A stretch of DNA of 64,000 nucleotides from an uncultured virus (IMG/VR IMGVR_UViG_3300008108_000264) (Duplodnaviria > Heunggongvirae > Uroviricota > Caudoviricetes). Made by a program: the position numbers and the translations under genes. Below, piece after piece: positions 10,844-21,119 of the stretch (positions are counted from its first letter, which is position 1; every line of letters starts with the position of its first letter). The notes below the pieces were generated by a model that worked only from the letters and a program-made list of their open reading frames with translations, made no database searches and was not told where the DNA came from. The stretch lies in IMG/VR virus record IMGVR_UViG_3300008108_000264. One strand, given 5' to 3'.

Positions 10844-11460
10844 TTAATCTTGTTTGTCGGTTTGTAAATTTTGATTCATAGCTAAACTTTCGTTATAAGT
10901 TTTAAAGAAATCATTAAAAATAACGGATGCTAAAATAAATGATAAATCATCTCTTGTAACATCAGTATTAACTATAGTTTCTAATACTTGCGTAAAAGAT
11001 AAACTTTCGTTACTTTTTATTAAAGTATCAATTGAAGACTCAATTAATGCTCCTTTGACCTCAAGTTGATCAAAATCTTCTTCAGAAATACCTAAATTAG
11101 GTTCATCAAATTTAAAATTCGTTTCCATTAGTTTTTATTTAAATTGTTTAATAATTCTTCAGATAGTATAATTCTTATCATATCTATATTGTTTTGGTAA
11201 AAAGATATAATATCATCTTTTAATTGAATAGCTAATACAACGGCTAATTCTTCTTTAGTTAAATCAGTATTTAATTCTTCTACTATTTGAGATAAAGAAT
11301 AAGTATCTTTTTGATTTTTGTTAACAAGTTGAGATGATATATTTAGAATAATCTTCTTTTTTAAATACTCAAATTTTACTTGTAACTCTATCAGTTCTTC
11401 TGGTGTAATACCTAAAGATTGTGATATGTCGTTTTCAGTGTGTTTAAAATTAAAAGTCAT
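10844..11460 (-). CDS. Two tandem paralogous small proteins (10844-11128, 11128-11460)
   Basis: Shared pattern NFK..E...LGI(S/T).E....L.VK...S(F/L)(T/S)Q..E..NTD(V/L)T. Confidence 0.6.
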
Positions 11461-12473
11461 TTCTTTTTAATGTTTAATTGTATATTAATAAATAATAATT
11501 CTAGACTAAGTCTTTTATTATGAGATAAATGATACCTTACAGAACACTCATCTATCAAACTTAAAACCTTAAATAAAGAGGCAGAACCTATTTTATCAAA
11601 CTGGTTTTTCATTCTTTGTTTTTGTTCTTCAGGAATGTACACTAATTCAGAAATTTTATCATTTTTTAACATGAATAATTTTCTAAAATAGACAGCACTG
11701 TTTGTCATTATATCTTTTATATCATTACCTTCCTTGATTAACCTATCAAGTAGAAGCATCATGTCATCCATCTTACCATCAATCATAAAGTCTGTTAATT
11801 CTGTAAAAATAGAATCATCAATGTAATTTAACACAGATTCTAATTCTTTTAAATTAAGAGAATCATTAGTAGAAAACATACATTTTTCTAATAATGTCAA
11901 AGCATCTCTCATAGATCCATTAGCTTTCTCAGCTATAATGTAAAGTAACTTTTCTTCATAATCTTTGTTATAATCTTTACATATTCCACTCATAGTATTA
12001 ACTATTGAGTTCATGCTAATATTATTAAGATTAAAAACAGTACACCTTGATTTTATAGTATCAGGTATTTTATTAACTTCTGTTGTGCAAAGAATAAATA
12101 AAACATGCTTATATGGTTCTTCTAAAGGTTTTAAAAGAACATCAAAAGCTGCTTTACTAAGCATATGTACCTCGTCAATAATATAAACTTTTCTCTTAGA
12201 ATCATAAGGAGGTATCTTTAATTGTAAAACTAAACTCCTTACATCATCTATGCTGTTATGAGATGCAGCATCTATTTCATGAATATCTATATTAGATGTT
12301 TGAAGTTCATTAGCAACAATTCTTGCTAAAGTTGTTTTACCTGTACCGTGTTTACCAGTAAAAATGATATTAGATATTTCATCTTTTTCTATCATCGATT
12401 TTAAAACTTTGATAGTAAATGATTGATCTTTAACATCATCAAAAACTTTAGGTCTATATTCATTATATAACAT
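11457..12473 (-). CDS. dnaX: DNA polymerase III gamma/tau-like clamp loader
   Basis: YRPKVFDDV, GKHGTGKTT, EIDAASH, IIDEVHMLS, TIKSRC, GSMRDAL. Confidence 0.9.
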   Translation of the reverse strand: MLYNEYRPKVFDDVKDQSFTIKVLKSMIEKDEISNIIFTGKHGTGKTTLARIVANELQTSNIDIHEIDAASHNSIDDVRSLVLQLKIPPYDSKRKVYIIDEVHMLSKAAFDVLLKPLEEPYKHVLFILCTTEVNKIPDTIKSRCTVFNLNNISMNSIVNTMSGICKDYNKDYEEKLLYIIAEKANGSMRDALTLLEKCMFSTNDSLNLKELESVLNYIDDSIFTELTDFMIDGKMDDMMLLLDRLIKEGNDIKDIMTNSAVYFRKLFMLKNDKISELVYIPEEQKQRMKNQFDKIGSASLFKVLSLIDECSVRYHLSHNKRLSLELLFINIQLNIKKK

Positions 12474-12651
12474 TAAAGTTTATCTTGAATTTTAACCTTC
12501 TCAATATTATACTTTTTCATTTGAAAGTTAATATTTGAGAGTATTTGAAATCTATCAAATCTGTGATAAGAAGTTTCAACTACTTCTAAAAGATTACTGT
12601 ATGCGTGAGCGTCACGAACTTCATTTAAAGTTTTGTAGATTTGCTTTTTTG

Positions 12652-13653
12652 TCATCGATTAATTGTTAATAATTGTTTAATTTGATCATCAGTTATTTCT
12701 ACACCTACTTTCTTTAAATTATGAACCATATTTATAACTTCTGATATAAGATAAGGTTTATTATAATTATTTAAATTATTTTGATCTTTATATAAAACAG
12801 TATTACTTAATTTAGCATTTTTTATTTCTTTTAACATTTCATCTAAATTATAACTGACATTATTTTTATCTAATAAATCTGTTATATACTTAAGATCATA
12901 TAATGATCTGAGTGATGCATTAGACGGTGTTGGTAAAGATTTTAAAAATGGTATTTTATCAAATAATACAGTTTTTATTCTTAACCTTGCTGAAATATTT
13001 CTTTGTAGATAATATATCAATATTATATTAAATAAAAAACATTCAATATTTTTATCTTTTAATATAGTAAGTCCTATTTCTACATTATTAATATCTGTGC
13101 TGGTTAACAGTTCTTTTACTGCATCGTAATTAAAGTCATTTACATTATCTTTAGTTGGATTTTCTAAATGATAATGTAACTTAGCAAAATATAAATCAGA
13201 CATAATTATTTTATCTTTAACTTTACTTAACATGTCAATACTGACATTTTTAAATTTTTGATCAATTATAATACATCTTTTATACTTATCGCTACTATTT
13301 ACATAATAGTAAATTTTGCCAGTTTCTTTATCTTTATATTGTTGTTGAATAAAATAATAAGAACTTGACCATTCACTCTTAAATGAAGCGTAAGAAGGAA
13401 ATATTAATATATCTGCATCATCAGAATTATCTACTACATTAAACTTATAATGTTTACTTATTTTCTTTAATTTAGTTTTACTTATATTATTACCTGACAC
13501 AAGATAAACTTTAGAGTTTTCTTGTATCTGTATATTATTATAATCTATATCAGTAAAACTTGTATTTTTAAGACCTAATTGTATCTTTTTATTTAGAGCT
13601 ATAAGATCATCAAAAGAAACGTCTCCAGTATACTCTGTGCGTTTAAAACTCAT
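12652..13653 (-). CDS. Hypothetical protein
   Basis: 333-aa ORF. Confidence 0.65.
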   Translation of the reverse strand: MSFKRTEYTGDVSFDDLIALNKKIQLGLKNTSFTDIDYNNIQIQENSKVYLVSGNNISKTKLKKISKHYKFNVVDNSDDADILIFPSYASFKSEWSSSYYFIQQQYKDKETGKIYYYVNSSDKYKRCIIIDQKFKNVSIDMLSKVKDKIIMSDLYFAKLHYHLENPTKDNVNDFNYDAVKELLTSTDINNVEIGLTILKDKNIECFLFNIILIYYLQRNISARLRIKTVLFDKIPFLKSLPTPSNASLRSLYDLKYITDLLDKNNVSYNLDEMLKEIKNAKLSNTVLYKDQNNLNNYNKPYLISEVINMVHNLKKVGVEITDDQIKQLLTINR

Positions 13654-13685
13654 TTCAAAAGTTGTTGTGTAATGTTTTAAAAGAT

Positions 13686-13730
13686 AAAAAACATATAGAA
13701 AAAATAATACATACTTTTGTACTGTTTCTT
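13686..13730 (-). ncRNA. Minimal Y-like stem element (variant)
   Basis: AAGAAACA-GTACAAAA...TGTTTTTT; same stem plus TACAA layout as the family at 20.7-28.2 kb. Confidence 0.4.
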
Positions 13731-13787
13731 CCGCTATCGGTTTGTTTTCCGTACTTTCTTTCTTAATGGGTAGATCTCCGTAAAGAT

Positions 13788-14234
13788 CTATCCATTTTTT
13801 ATTTTATTTATTTTCTTAGTTACGTCTTGAACTTGAGAACTTCTTTTACTGATTAAATACTTTGTAAGATCAGCAAGATTATGACCTATTACTTTTTTAT
13901 CTTCAGAACTAAGAATCTTTGTACAAATACCGATTAAAATCCTTTCCTCAATTAATGATAATGGTTCATTATCTAAACGAGTATCACTCACATCAAATTT
14001 ATTTGAAAGATTTTTATACAAAGAAGGATAATTTCCTTTTAATATGTATATTAAATACTTTGTCCAATGATTTCCTGTATCATCATATCCACTGATAAAA
14101 TGAAAATCAGGATAGTAAATATTTATAATATAAAGTCCTACCAATTCATTAGATAAATAAGCTTTTAAATCAGAGTCAAATATCTCAGATTTATAAAAGA
14201 TTAATAAATCTTCTAAAGTTTTCAAATCAGACAT
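13788..14234 (-). CDS. Hypothetical protein
   Basis: 148-aa ORF downstream of the TROVE gene and tRNA-like element. Confidence 0.6.
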   Translation of the reverse strand: MSDLKTLEDLLIFYKSEIFDSDLKAYLSNELVGLYIINIYYPDFHFISGYDDTGNHWTKYLIYILKGNYPSLYKNLSNKFDVSDTRLDNEPLSLIEERILIGICTKILSSEDKKVIGHNLADLTKYLISKRSSQVQDVTKKINKIKNG

Positions 14235-14250
14235 GATTGTAAAAATTCAT

Positions 14251-14324
14251 AACTACGAAAGGATTTGAACCTTCACCCACTAAACAAAGAACATTTAGTA
14301 TTCTTTCTATTAAACTACGTAGTT
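14251..14324 (-). tRNA. Degenerate tRNA-like element, no assignable anticodon
   Basis: Acceptor AACTACG/CGTAGTT, T-arm GAAGG-TTCAAAT-CCTTT, stem ACTAAA/TTTAGT with 9-nt loop, D-loop lacks GG. Confidence 0.6.
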
Positions 14325-14332
14325 TATATAAA

Positions 14333-15109
14333 CTAAAATACATTTGGCTGAATTATTATTGATTGTATATCTGATCTTAGATTTTCTACATCAAAATCAA
14401 TACCATTATTAAATAATTCTTGTTCTTCTTCATTATAACTATCTTTAGATTTTATTATATCATAAAGAATAGCGTGAAATATATCTATTTCATACTCATC
14501 ATTTACAGAATTTTTTATAGCTTTATCAATCTCTTTAGAATATTTATCTCTATCATTAAGATGACTTAGATATTCTGTAAGAGATATTTTCTCTATAGCT
14601 ATTGAGTTTTTTGGATTAGGATGAAAGTATTTTATAACATCCTTCAGTTTTATACCTGATTCAAAATTATGATTATAATAATCAACAAATTCTGACCATT
14701 TAAAGTTTTCAAGAGCAGACTTTAAACCTTTTCTCATTGAGTTAGGATAAGGAATATTTTTTACATCTTCTCTATTTCTCTTTTTTGATTCGTTTTCGTG
14801 GTAATAATTAATAATAGTAATTATATCTTTTACTTCATTAATTAAACCTCCCTGTTTGTTTATTCTCCTTGTAAATAAAAATTTAGCAAAACTCTCCTTC
14901 TTAAGATTTTTAATCAAATAAGATGAAGCCTGTAAGCATTTATTCCTATTAAAATGATGATCTCTTGCATAAATAATAAGTTTGGCTGTATATTCAACTC
15001 CAAATTCATTTACGCAATCATCAACCAGTTTTTCAACATCATGATCATTTTCTGATCCATTTAAATAAGAATAAAGAAAAGTGTCAGTTTCTAATTGTAA
15101 GGTATTCAT
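14333..15109 (-). CDS. TROVE (Ro60-like) domain protein without a vWA domain
   Basis: YTAKLIIYARD...R, IPYPNSMRKGLKSALENF...YN...IKLKDVIKYFHPNP match TROVE-family patterns. Confidence 0.72.
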   Translation of the reverse strand: MNTLQLETDTFLYSYLNGSENDHDVEKLVDDCVNEFGVEYTAKLIIYARDHHFNRNKCLQASSYLIKNLKKESFAKFLFTRRINKQGGLINEVKDIITIINYYHENESKKRNREDVKNIPYPNSMRKGLKSALENFKWSEFVDYYNHNFESGIKLKDVIKYFHPNPKNSIAIEKISLTEYLSHLNDRDKYSKEIDKAIKNSVNDEYEIDIFHAILYDIIKSKDSYNEEEQELFNNGIDFDVENLRSDIQSIIIQPNVF

Positions 15110-15134
15110 GTTACTTAGTATTTGAAAAATATAA

Positions 15135-15166
15135 AAAAAGCCTATCTCTTTTTTGAGACAGGCTTT
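15135..15166 (-). terminator. Intrinsic terminator-like hairpin
   Basis: AAAGCCTGTCTC/GAGATAGGCTTTTTTT. Confidence 0.6.
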
Positions 15167-15170
15167 AGTT

Positions 15171-15914
15171 TTAAATATAACTTTTATTTTTTTCAGGAAA
15201 TTCTAGATCTAATAAGCGTAAGAATCCAACTCTATACCTGGGATTACAATTCATGTAAGTTTGTTTTAGAGTTTCCCTAATTAAAGCATAAGCTTCTATA
15301 GGATCAGATTTACTTTTGTCGATAACGACACTCATCAAATCTTTACTATCTTTTACATTTAAAGCTCTTTGTACTACTCCAAGATTTCCAAAATGTAGCT
15401 TAATGTGAAAAATAATATTTGCAACATCTTGATCGGATATTTCATACATTTTCATGTCATCCCACCAACTTTTAAATATTCTTTTTACGTCTTCTTCTGT
15501 AAGACTTCTAAGATCTTCAACAGTTGCTGGTCTTTTTAGCATATGAGTCATAGCGCATGCGCTAACGTCTCTGTATGTTCCAACAAGATTACCTTGTCCA
15601 CAACCACAACCAGTCCAATTACCAGCGTCATGAGGATCAGGGTTAACGGTATCATCATTCAAAGATGAAGTTAATTTTTTACGTACAGGTAGTTCCATAT
15701 AAGAATTAAAATTTATATCTTTTAATTGTACTGTTGGTACTAAATTAACCTTTCTAGGTTGAATAACCGGTTTCTCTTTCAAAGCAGTGTCTTGTTTTAT
15801 TACCTTTACTTCTTGTCTTATTTGTTTAATTTCTGGTAAAGAACTGCTCTGAGATAAACTTGCTATACCAAATAACATGGTAAAACAAATTAATAAATCA
15901 AAAATTTTTGTCAT
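15171..15914 (-). CDS. Membrane-anchored or secreted GH108-like lysozyme
   Basis: N-terminal hydrophobic segment; VNPDPHDAGNWTG..VGTY, TVEDLRSLT, WWD, VANIIF, VQRALN. Confidence 0.6.
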   Translation of the reverse strand: MTKIFDLLICFTMLFGIASLSQSSSLPEIKQIRQEVKVIKQDTALKEKPVIQPRKVNLVPTVQLKDINFNSYMELPVRKKLTSSLNDDTVNPDPHDAGNWTGCGCGQGNLVGTYRDVSACAMTHMLKRPATVEDLRSLTEEDVKRIFKSWWDDMKMYEISDQDVANIIFHIKLHFGNLGVVQRALNVKDSKDLMSVVIDKSKSDPIEAYALIRETLKQTYMNCNPRYRVGFLRLLDLEFPEKNKSYI

Positions 15915-15965
15915 TTTGTTAATTTTTAGTTAATAATGATGAAAAAAGGTTACATCTTATGTGCT

Positions 15966-16034
15966 AAATTTAGCTATACAAAAGTTTCGTTTCGGTCTCG
16001 TCAGTAGCCGATTTTATACTCTCCCGAAATGAGT
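15966..16034 (-). ncRNA. Hammerhead ribozyme (type I) with kissing-loop tertiary contact
   Basis: GGCTA-CTGACGA-G(ACCGAAA)C-GAAAC-TTTT-GTA-TAGCT; loop II CCGAAA is complementary to the upstream hairpin loop TTTCGG. Confidence 0.75.
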
Positions 16035-16076
16035 TAAAAGTAAAGATATGGAATATATCCTTCTTTTTATGCTAAA

Positions 16077-18014
16077 TTATTCATTTTCTAAATTAACACC
16101 AAAGATTTCTTCAGATTTTACGTTTAAGAAAAACATATAATCAAACTCTGAAGGATTTAATATAAAAACTGATAATTTAAACATTAATGATTTTATAGTA
16201 TCAGTTCTAAGTTCAATTAGGTGAGGTGTAACACCACAAGATATTACTAAATGATGAATATTATCATCATTTACTAATTTAAATGTGCTTATTTGACTTG
16301 TATTAATTGCTAAAGTGTGATTATTTTTATCTTTAGCAAAAATAAGTCCAAAATTTTTATCTTCCATAGGTTTTTTAATTAAAAAAGGAAGAGGAAATTT
16401 ATCCCCTTCCTTTTGATGTGTAAATTATATTTTTTTCCAAACTTGATTTTTAAATAAAAACCATGAATTATATTTTTCAATATCTTTCATAATTTCCATA
16501 GTTATTAATTCTTTTTCATCTACAGGATCTTCATTTATAATTGAAGAATCAATTCTATTTGCTTGAACTATTTGAGAAACATTACTCAAAAGACCAACAA
16601 AATAATTTTTAACAAATTCAGCTGCTGATGTTTTAGCTTCAGAGTGAAACAACATAATAATTGTTTTCTCTGCTTCTGTCTCAGCATTTACTACCCATCT
16701 TAAATCTTTTCTCTGTCTTGCATCAGAATCTTTTACTTTCTTATAGACAGTTTTAACTACAACTTCAGGTTCCCAACCTGCATTTAAAAGATGAATATGT
16801 AAATCATGACCATTCTGGGTATAATTGGTTCTTACATGATAAGTATTACCATTGATATACCAGGTTAAAACTTCTTTCATTTGTAACCATAGGCTTTTAA
16901 AATCCATTTCATGAGCTTGCTCATCAATCTTGATAGAATGTTTTACAATAGCTCTTAATTGAGTTACAAGGTTTTTTGTTAGTAACATTTCAGTTTTCAT
17001 AATAAAATTATTTAAATTGATAAAAAATTGAGTTAATATCTACAAAATTTGAGTTCCTTAAAGTTTCAGTTATAGCAGCCATAGCTTCTTTAGCTTTAAA
17101 TTCATCAAGAAGATTAATTTCAAATATACTGGTCTTTTTACCATGAATATATCCTTTTATAAAAGAATCTTCTCTAATAATTTGATCCGCTTTAACTACT
17201 TCATCATTATTTACTTTTACTATCATTAAAATATTAAATTTGTTGAAATGAAATTATTTACATCTCTTTGCGGTAACAAATATGTTAATGGCCAGAATAT
17301 ATCAGGATTAGTAATATTTCTTATTTCTAAATCAAAAGTTTCTGGATTATAATATATTTCATATTCACCTTCATATACTCTTTTTAAATTAAAGAGATTT
17401 TGTATTTCGCTAAAATCAAAGTTTTTGTATAACAAGTTTTTTATACATTTGCTTAGTTTTACCATATAAGATTCTATTGTATATGAACCAATAGTTACAG
17501 AATTTACATTTATGTTATTTACTTTAGCAATAACATCCTTAGAATTAATTGCATTATTTCTAATAAAATTGACAATTCTTTTGAGTAAAAAGTTATCACA
17601 AAAATCTTTATGATAAGCTTTTAAATTTGTAGAAGATAAAATATAAGTCATAAAAGATGATTCTGATATTTCATTTGTTTCTAGTTCTTTGTCAATTAAA
17701 TAGTTAATTAATGTTTGTAACCCGGAATGTTTATGATAAACATATAGTAAAGAACATATAAAGTCTGTTTTTTTAAAAATATGATCATAAGTATGAATAA
17801 AAATACTTATGTTGTCAGATGACATCTTATCAAAAAAATTATACAGTAAATCTTTAGCATCTACTCCACTTTCAAGAAATATAGGTAAATCGTTAACCAT
17901 CCACATATTAGCAGCTTTATCATGATCACAGATATCATCAAAAGTTATACTTTTTAATAATAATCCATCTAAACTTAATAAGATTGCTGTTGTGGGAGAT
18001 ACTTCTACTTGCAT
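16077..18014 (-). CDS. Run of hypothetical ORFs (16077-16367, 16425-17000, 17008-17226, 17226-18014)
   Basis: Closely spaced ORFs; terminator-like hairpin at 16381-16414. Confidence 0.55.
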
Positions 18015-18015
18015 T

Positions 18016-18132
18016 TTATCTTTGATTTGCAATATCAGTACTAATAGTTAAACTAGGAGCTTCCCGCGGTTCTTCTATTTCTCTGGGAGCTTCACGAGGT
18101 TCTTCAATTTCTAGTGGTAGAGTTTGTGTCAT
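18016..18132 (-). CDS. 38-aa ORF with a tandem EIEEPREAP repeat (not in the ORF track)
   Basis: MTQTLPLEIEEPREAPREIEEPREAPSLTISTDIANQR*; the repeat copies differ at synonymous sites. Confidence 0.55.
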   Translation of the reverse strand: MTQTLPLEIEEPREAPREIEEPREAPSLTISTDIANQR

Positions 18133-18709
18133 AAGTTGGTGAATGATTTCTTGCTATTTGAAACGCTACTGGGTTTAAAACCTTAAGACAATATTCAGAT
18201 AATTCATCTTTACTTTCAAATTCACCTGAATGATACATTTCTTGTAATAAATAATTTAATTTATTATAAATTTGATCTTCTGGAAAATTTAAAATGTCTT
18301 CACAAAAATACAAATGAATAAAATCTATTGCTAGATTAGATACATTATGTTTTTCGATTTCATCTTTAAAATTAAAATGAAGTAAACCTCTTAAATAGTT
18401 ATGAAATAAAGAAGAATATAAAGTACCAAATATAGAAGCAGTTAAATGTTCTTCATCTAAATTTAACAACTTTATTTGATCCTTCATATGACTTAAATTA
18501 AATCTACCAGTAGCTTTTTTCTCTGTATCATCATAAATGGTGGATGAAAATCCATATTCAGATGGTTCAAAGTTATCACTAATTTCAATATCAAATTTAA
18601 ACCCATACTCTTTTAAAGCTTTATGTTTTAACTTAGTAAACACATAATAATATTCTTGTAAATGTGAATCAGGAATATGAGAAAACTTACTTTTTATATC
18701 TTTTATCAT
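18104..18709 (-). CDS. Hypothetical protein
   Basis: 201-aa ORF. Confidence 0.6.
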   Translation of the reverse strand: MIKDIKSKFSHIPDSHLQEYYYVFTKLKHKALKEYGFKFDIEISDNFEPSEYGFSSTIYDDTEKKATGRFNLSHMKDQIKLLNLDEEHLTASIFGTLYSSLFHNYLRGLLHFNFKDEIEKHNVSNLAIDFIHLYFCEDILNFPEDQIYNKLNYLLQEMYHSGEFESKDELSEYCLKVLNPVAFQIARNHSPTYDTNSTTRN

Positions 18710-18845
18710 TTTTTTAAAAAATTTAAAATTAAAAAATGAGCTACATTATTATCTTACCTTACTCTGTTATCAACACACGGTTGTTTTTCAAGCTGATTAA
18801 ATGTAGCTCGTATCAAAAGTAGAAAACCTAGACTACTTTTTAAAG

Positions 18846-20681
18846 TTAATTAGTAGCTTTTCTGATCAGTTCATAACGATTAGATTTGTGTAATCCCCAT
18901 AAAGATTGATAGACATCAGCTATTTCAATATCTTTAAAGTTAGTTAAAAGTTGTTCAATTTGTGAAGGATTTGGTTGTACCATAAGTACATTTTCTATAC
19001 CTTCAAAGTTTCTTATATCCGATGCTGTATTATAAGCAACGTCAATTAAAATAACAAATGGTCTAAAACCAAAATACTTCTCACACTTGCTCATAAAATC
19101 AAGCATAGATGTTGTAGAATTGTATCTGTTATTAAAATTACCATCACTAATAAATGTCCATGCTGGAAATGCCATTAATAATTCAAGATTTTTAGCTCTA
19201 TCTCCAGAGTTAACCCACTCATTTAAAGAATCAGGAACAGAAGAAATATTAGTACCATTACCAGTTTGTTTTGCTCTCATAAATTGTTGAATTCTCTCAA
19301 GATTCTCAAGAAAATGTTTTTCAGGATCAAACAATGGTTCATTTATTCTTTCTTTATTCATAGCAGAAAATCTATTTAAAGCTACACCTCTTTCATCAAC
19401 ATAAGTAAAGAATCTAGCTTTTTCGCTAAACATACCCATTAATTGACGACCTTCATCTGTAGGATTCTTCATCAAACAAATAGTTGCCATAAATGCAGCA
19501 AATTCAAATGGAGTAAATCCATTTATACCACCGTAACTACTTTGCATAGATCCTGAATCATCAACAATAACAAGATTGTTAAATGGTAAATTTACTTTAT
19601 CAAGAAACGGTTGAAGTTTAACTTTATCAACAGTACCGTTAAGAATACTAGTAAACATATCCTTAAAGTTTACAGCTCCAGTAGTAACTTTAGCTTCTTT
19701 CTTAACTTTTTCAAGTTTAATCATATCATCTTCAGTCGCAAGATTTTGACGTACCTTTTCTTCTAACACTCTTTGTTCTTGTTGAGCAACGTCTTTAGAC
19801 TTTTCCCATTCAAGAAACCATTGTGAAAAATTCTTTGGCCATTTATCTTTAGGTTTATCACTACCATCTAATAAACGTCTTCTTACTCGAAAACGTGCAT
19901 CTGAAGGTAATTTGTTAAGCCAATTAATAAACTGCTCACGATCAAAATCTAGAATACGTTTTGTAGAAAATACAACAGATTCTAAATCCTCATTGTATTT
20001 CTTTCTCCATTGGTAAAATCCTGTGTATTCAGTCCATTTACCATGATCAACATATTCCCATTCTACAAGATTAGAAACCATTCTAATAAAATCAGCTTTC
20101 TTTCTGTGATTAGTTTTTGTTAAATCTTGTAACTTATTTTTACGTTTACTTGTCCTAGGACGAGTAAGAAACTTAGCTACAAGGTGTTTATCAAAATCAT
20201 CACCACTTCTAATAATCTTAGCAATGTATTCAGCAACTTGCTGTTCAACACCTTCAGTCATATCAATGACTTCTGTAATCTTTTTCTTACCTTTCTGAGT
20301 TTTTACACGCATACCAATTAAGTTATCAAAATTAGTATACTCGTTAAAAAGATTAGAAAATAAGAATTTAATATACTGTTGTGGTGCATTCTTTTTCATC
20401 CATTTAAGGACAATAATAAAATTCTGACGTGCAGCTGTACCACCAGTATCAACTTTGTTATTTTTAAAAATCTTGTGTTCACGTGCAGTAATGTCACCAA
20501 TTGAAAATAACAAAGAATAAAACATTTCTCTTTTTTCCTTAGTATCCGCTTCTTTAAATGCAGATTGAATCATTTGTTCACTTATATACTTATCAGAGTT
20601 TTGATAAAGTTGTAAACAATGTTGCATTCCATTAAATGGATTCTCCTGTTTGTTTTTTAGTGTAACTTTCTCTACTTGCAT
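18846..20681 (-). CDS. Ro60/TROVE-like (DUF2828-like) helical protein with C-terminal vWA domain
   Basis: N-terminal LLFSIGDI...GGTAARQNF, vWA MIDAS VIVDDSGSM, GNGTN, FISDGNFN; 611 aa. Confidence 0.7.
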   Translation of the reverse strand: MQVEKVTLKNKQENPFNGMQHCLQLYQNSDKYISEQMIQSAFKEADTKEKREMFYSLLFSIGDITAREHKIFKNNKVDTGGTAARQNFIIVLKWMKKNAPQQYIKFLFSNLFNEYTNFDNLIGMRVKTQKGKKKITEVIDMTEGVEQQVAEYIAKIIRSGDDFDKHLVAKFLTRPRTSKRKNKLQDLTKTNHRKKADFIRMVSNLVEWEYVDHGKWTEYTGFYQWRKKYNEDLESVVFSTKRILDFDREQFINWLNKLPSDARFRVRRRLLDGSDKPKDKWPKNFSQWFLEWEKSKDVAQQEQRVLEEKVRQNLATEDDMIKLEKVKKEAKVTTGAVNFKDMFTSILNGTVDKVKLQPFLDKVNLPFNNLVIVDDSGSMQSSYGGINGFTPFEFAAFMATICLMKNPTDEGRQLMGMFSEKARFFTYVDERGVALNRFSAMNKERINEPLFDPEKHFLENLERIQQFMRAKQTGNGTNISSVPDSLNEWVNSGDRAKNLELLMAFPAWTFISDGNFNNRYNSTTSMLDFMSKCEKYFGFRPFVILIDVAYNTASDIRNFEGIENVLMVQPNPSQIEQLLTNFKDIEIADVYQSLWGLHKSNRYELIRKATN

Positions 20682-20709
20682 AGTGTTAGGTTTTAAAAAT
20701 GAAAAAAAT

Positions 20710-20757
20710 AAAATACTATTACTAACGTTAACTTTATGAAGTTATTGTAAGTATCTT
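20710..20757 (-). ncRNA. Minimal Y-like stem element in the leader of the Ro/vWA gene
   Basis: AAGATACT-TACAATAACTTCATAAA...AGTATTTT. Confidence 0.6.
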
Positions 20758-20761
20758 TTTT

Positions 20762-21097
20762 TTAATTTCTGTAGAACATTAAGTCCTCATACTTATCCCA
20801 AAATTTTGGATCTCTAAGATTTAAACAAGACATTAATTGTGTAGAATGATAATGTTCATCTATTTCGTCATCATTTAAAGTTAGATGTAAATCGGTTTTA
20901 GCCATCTTATAACATTCATCGAAAAATTTAACCTTTTCATCGATAGTGTAATCCTCTAATGGAACAGATAGATTTTCAATATCTCGATTACGATGTACAA
21001 TTTTTCTTAAGCTATTCATAGCTATTGTGTAATTTGCGCTATTTGTAACGTTATCTGGTTGACATTCTAGCTCTTTAATAATTTCTTGAAGATTCAT
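20762..21097 (-). CDS. Hypothetical protein
   Basis: 111-aa ORF between Y-like RNAs. Confidence 0.6.
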   Translation of the reverse strand: MNLQEIIKELECQPDNVTNSANYTIAMNSLRKIVHRNRDIENLSVPLEDYTIDEKVKFFDECYKMAKTDLHLTLNDDEIDEHYHSTQLMSCLNLRDPKFWDKYEDLMFYRN

Positions 21098-21119
21098 AAT
21101 TTTTTTAATTTTAAAATTT

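Noticed and set aside
18738..18809. Permuted twister ribozyme (TAATGTAGC and ACAGAG seen)
   Set aside because: No P4 loop able to form the two pseudoknots
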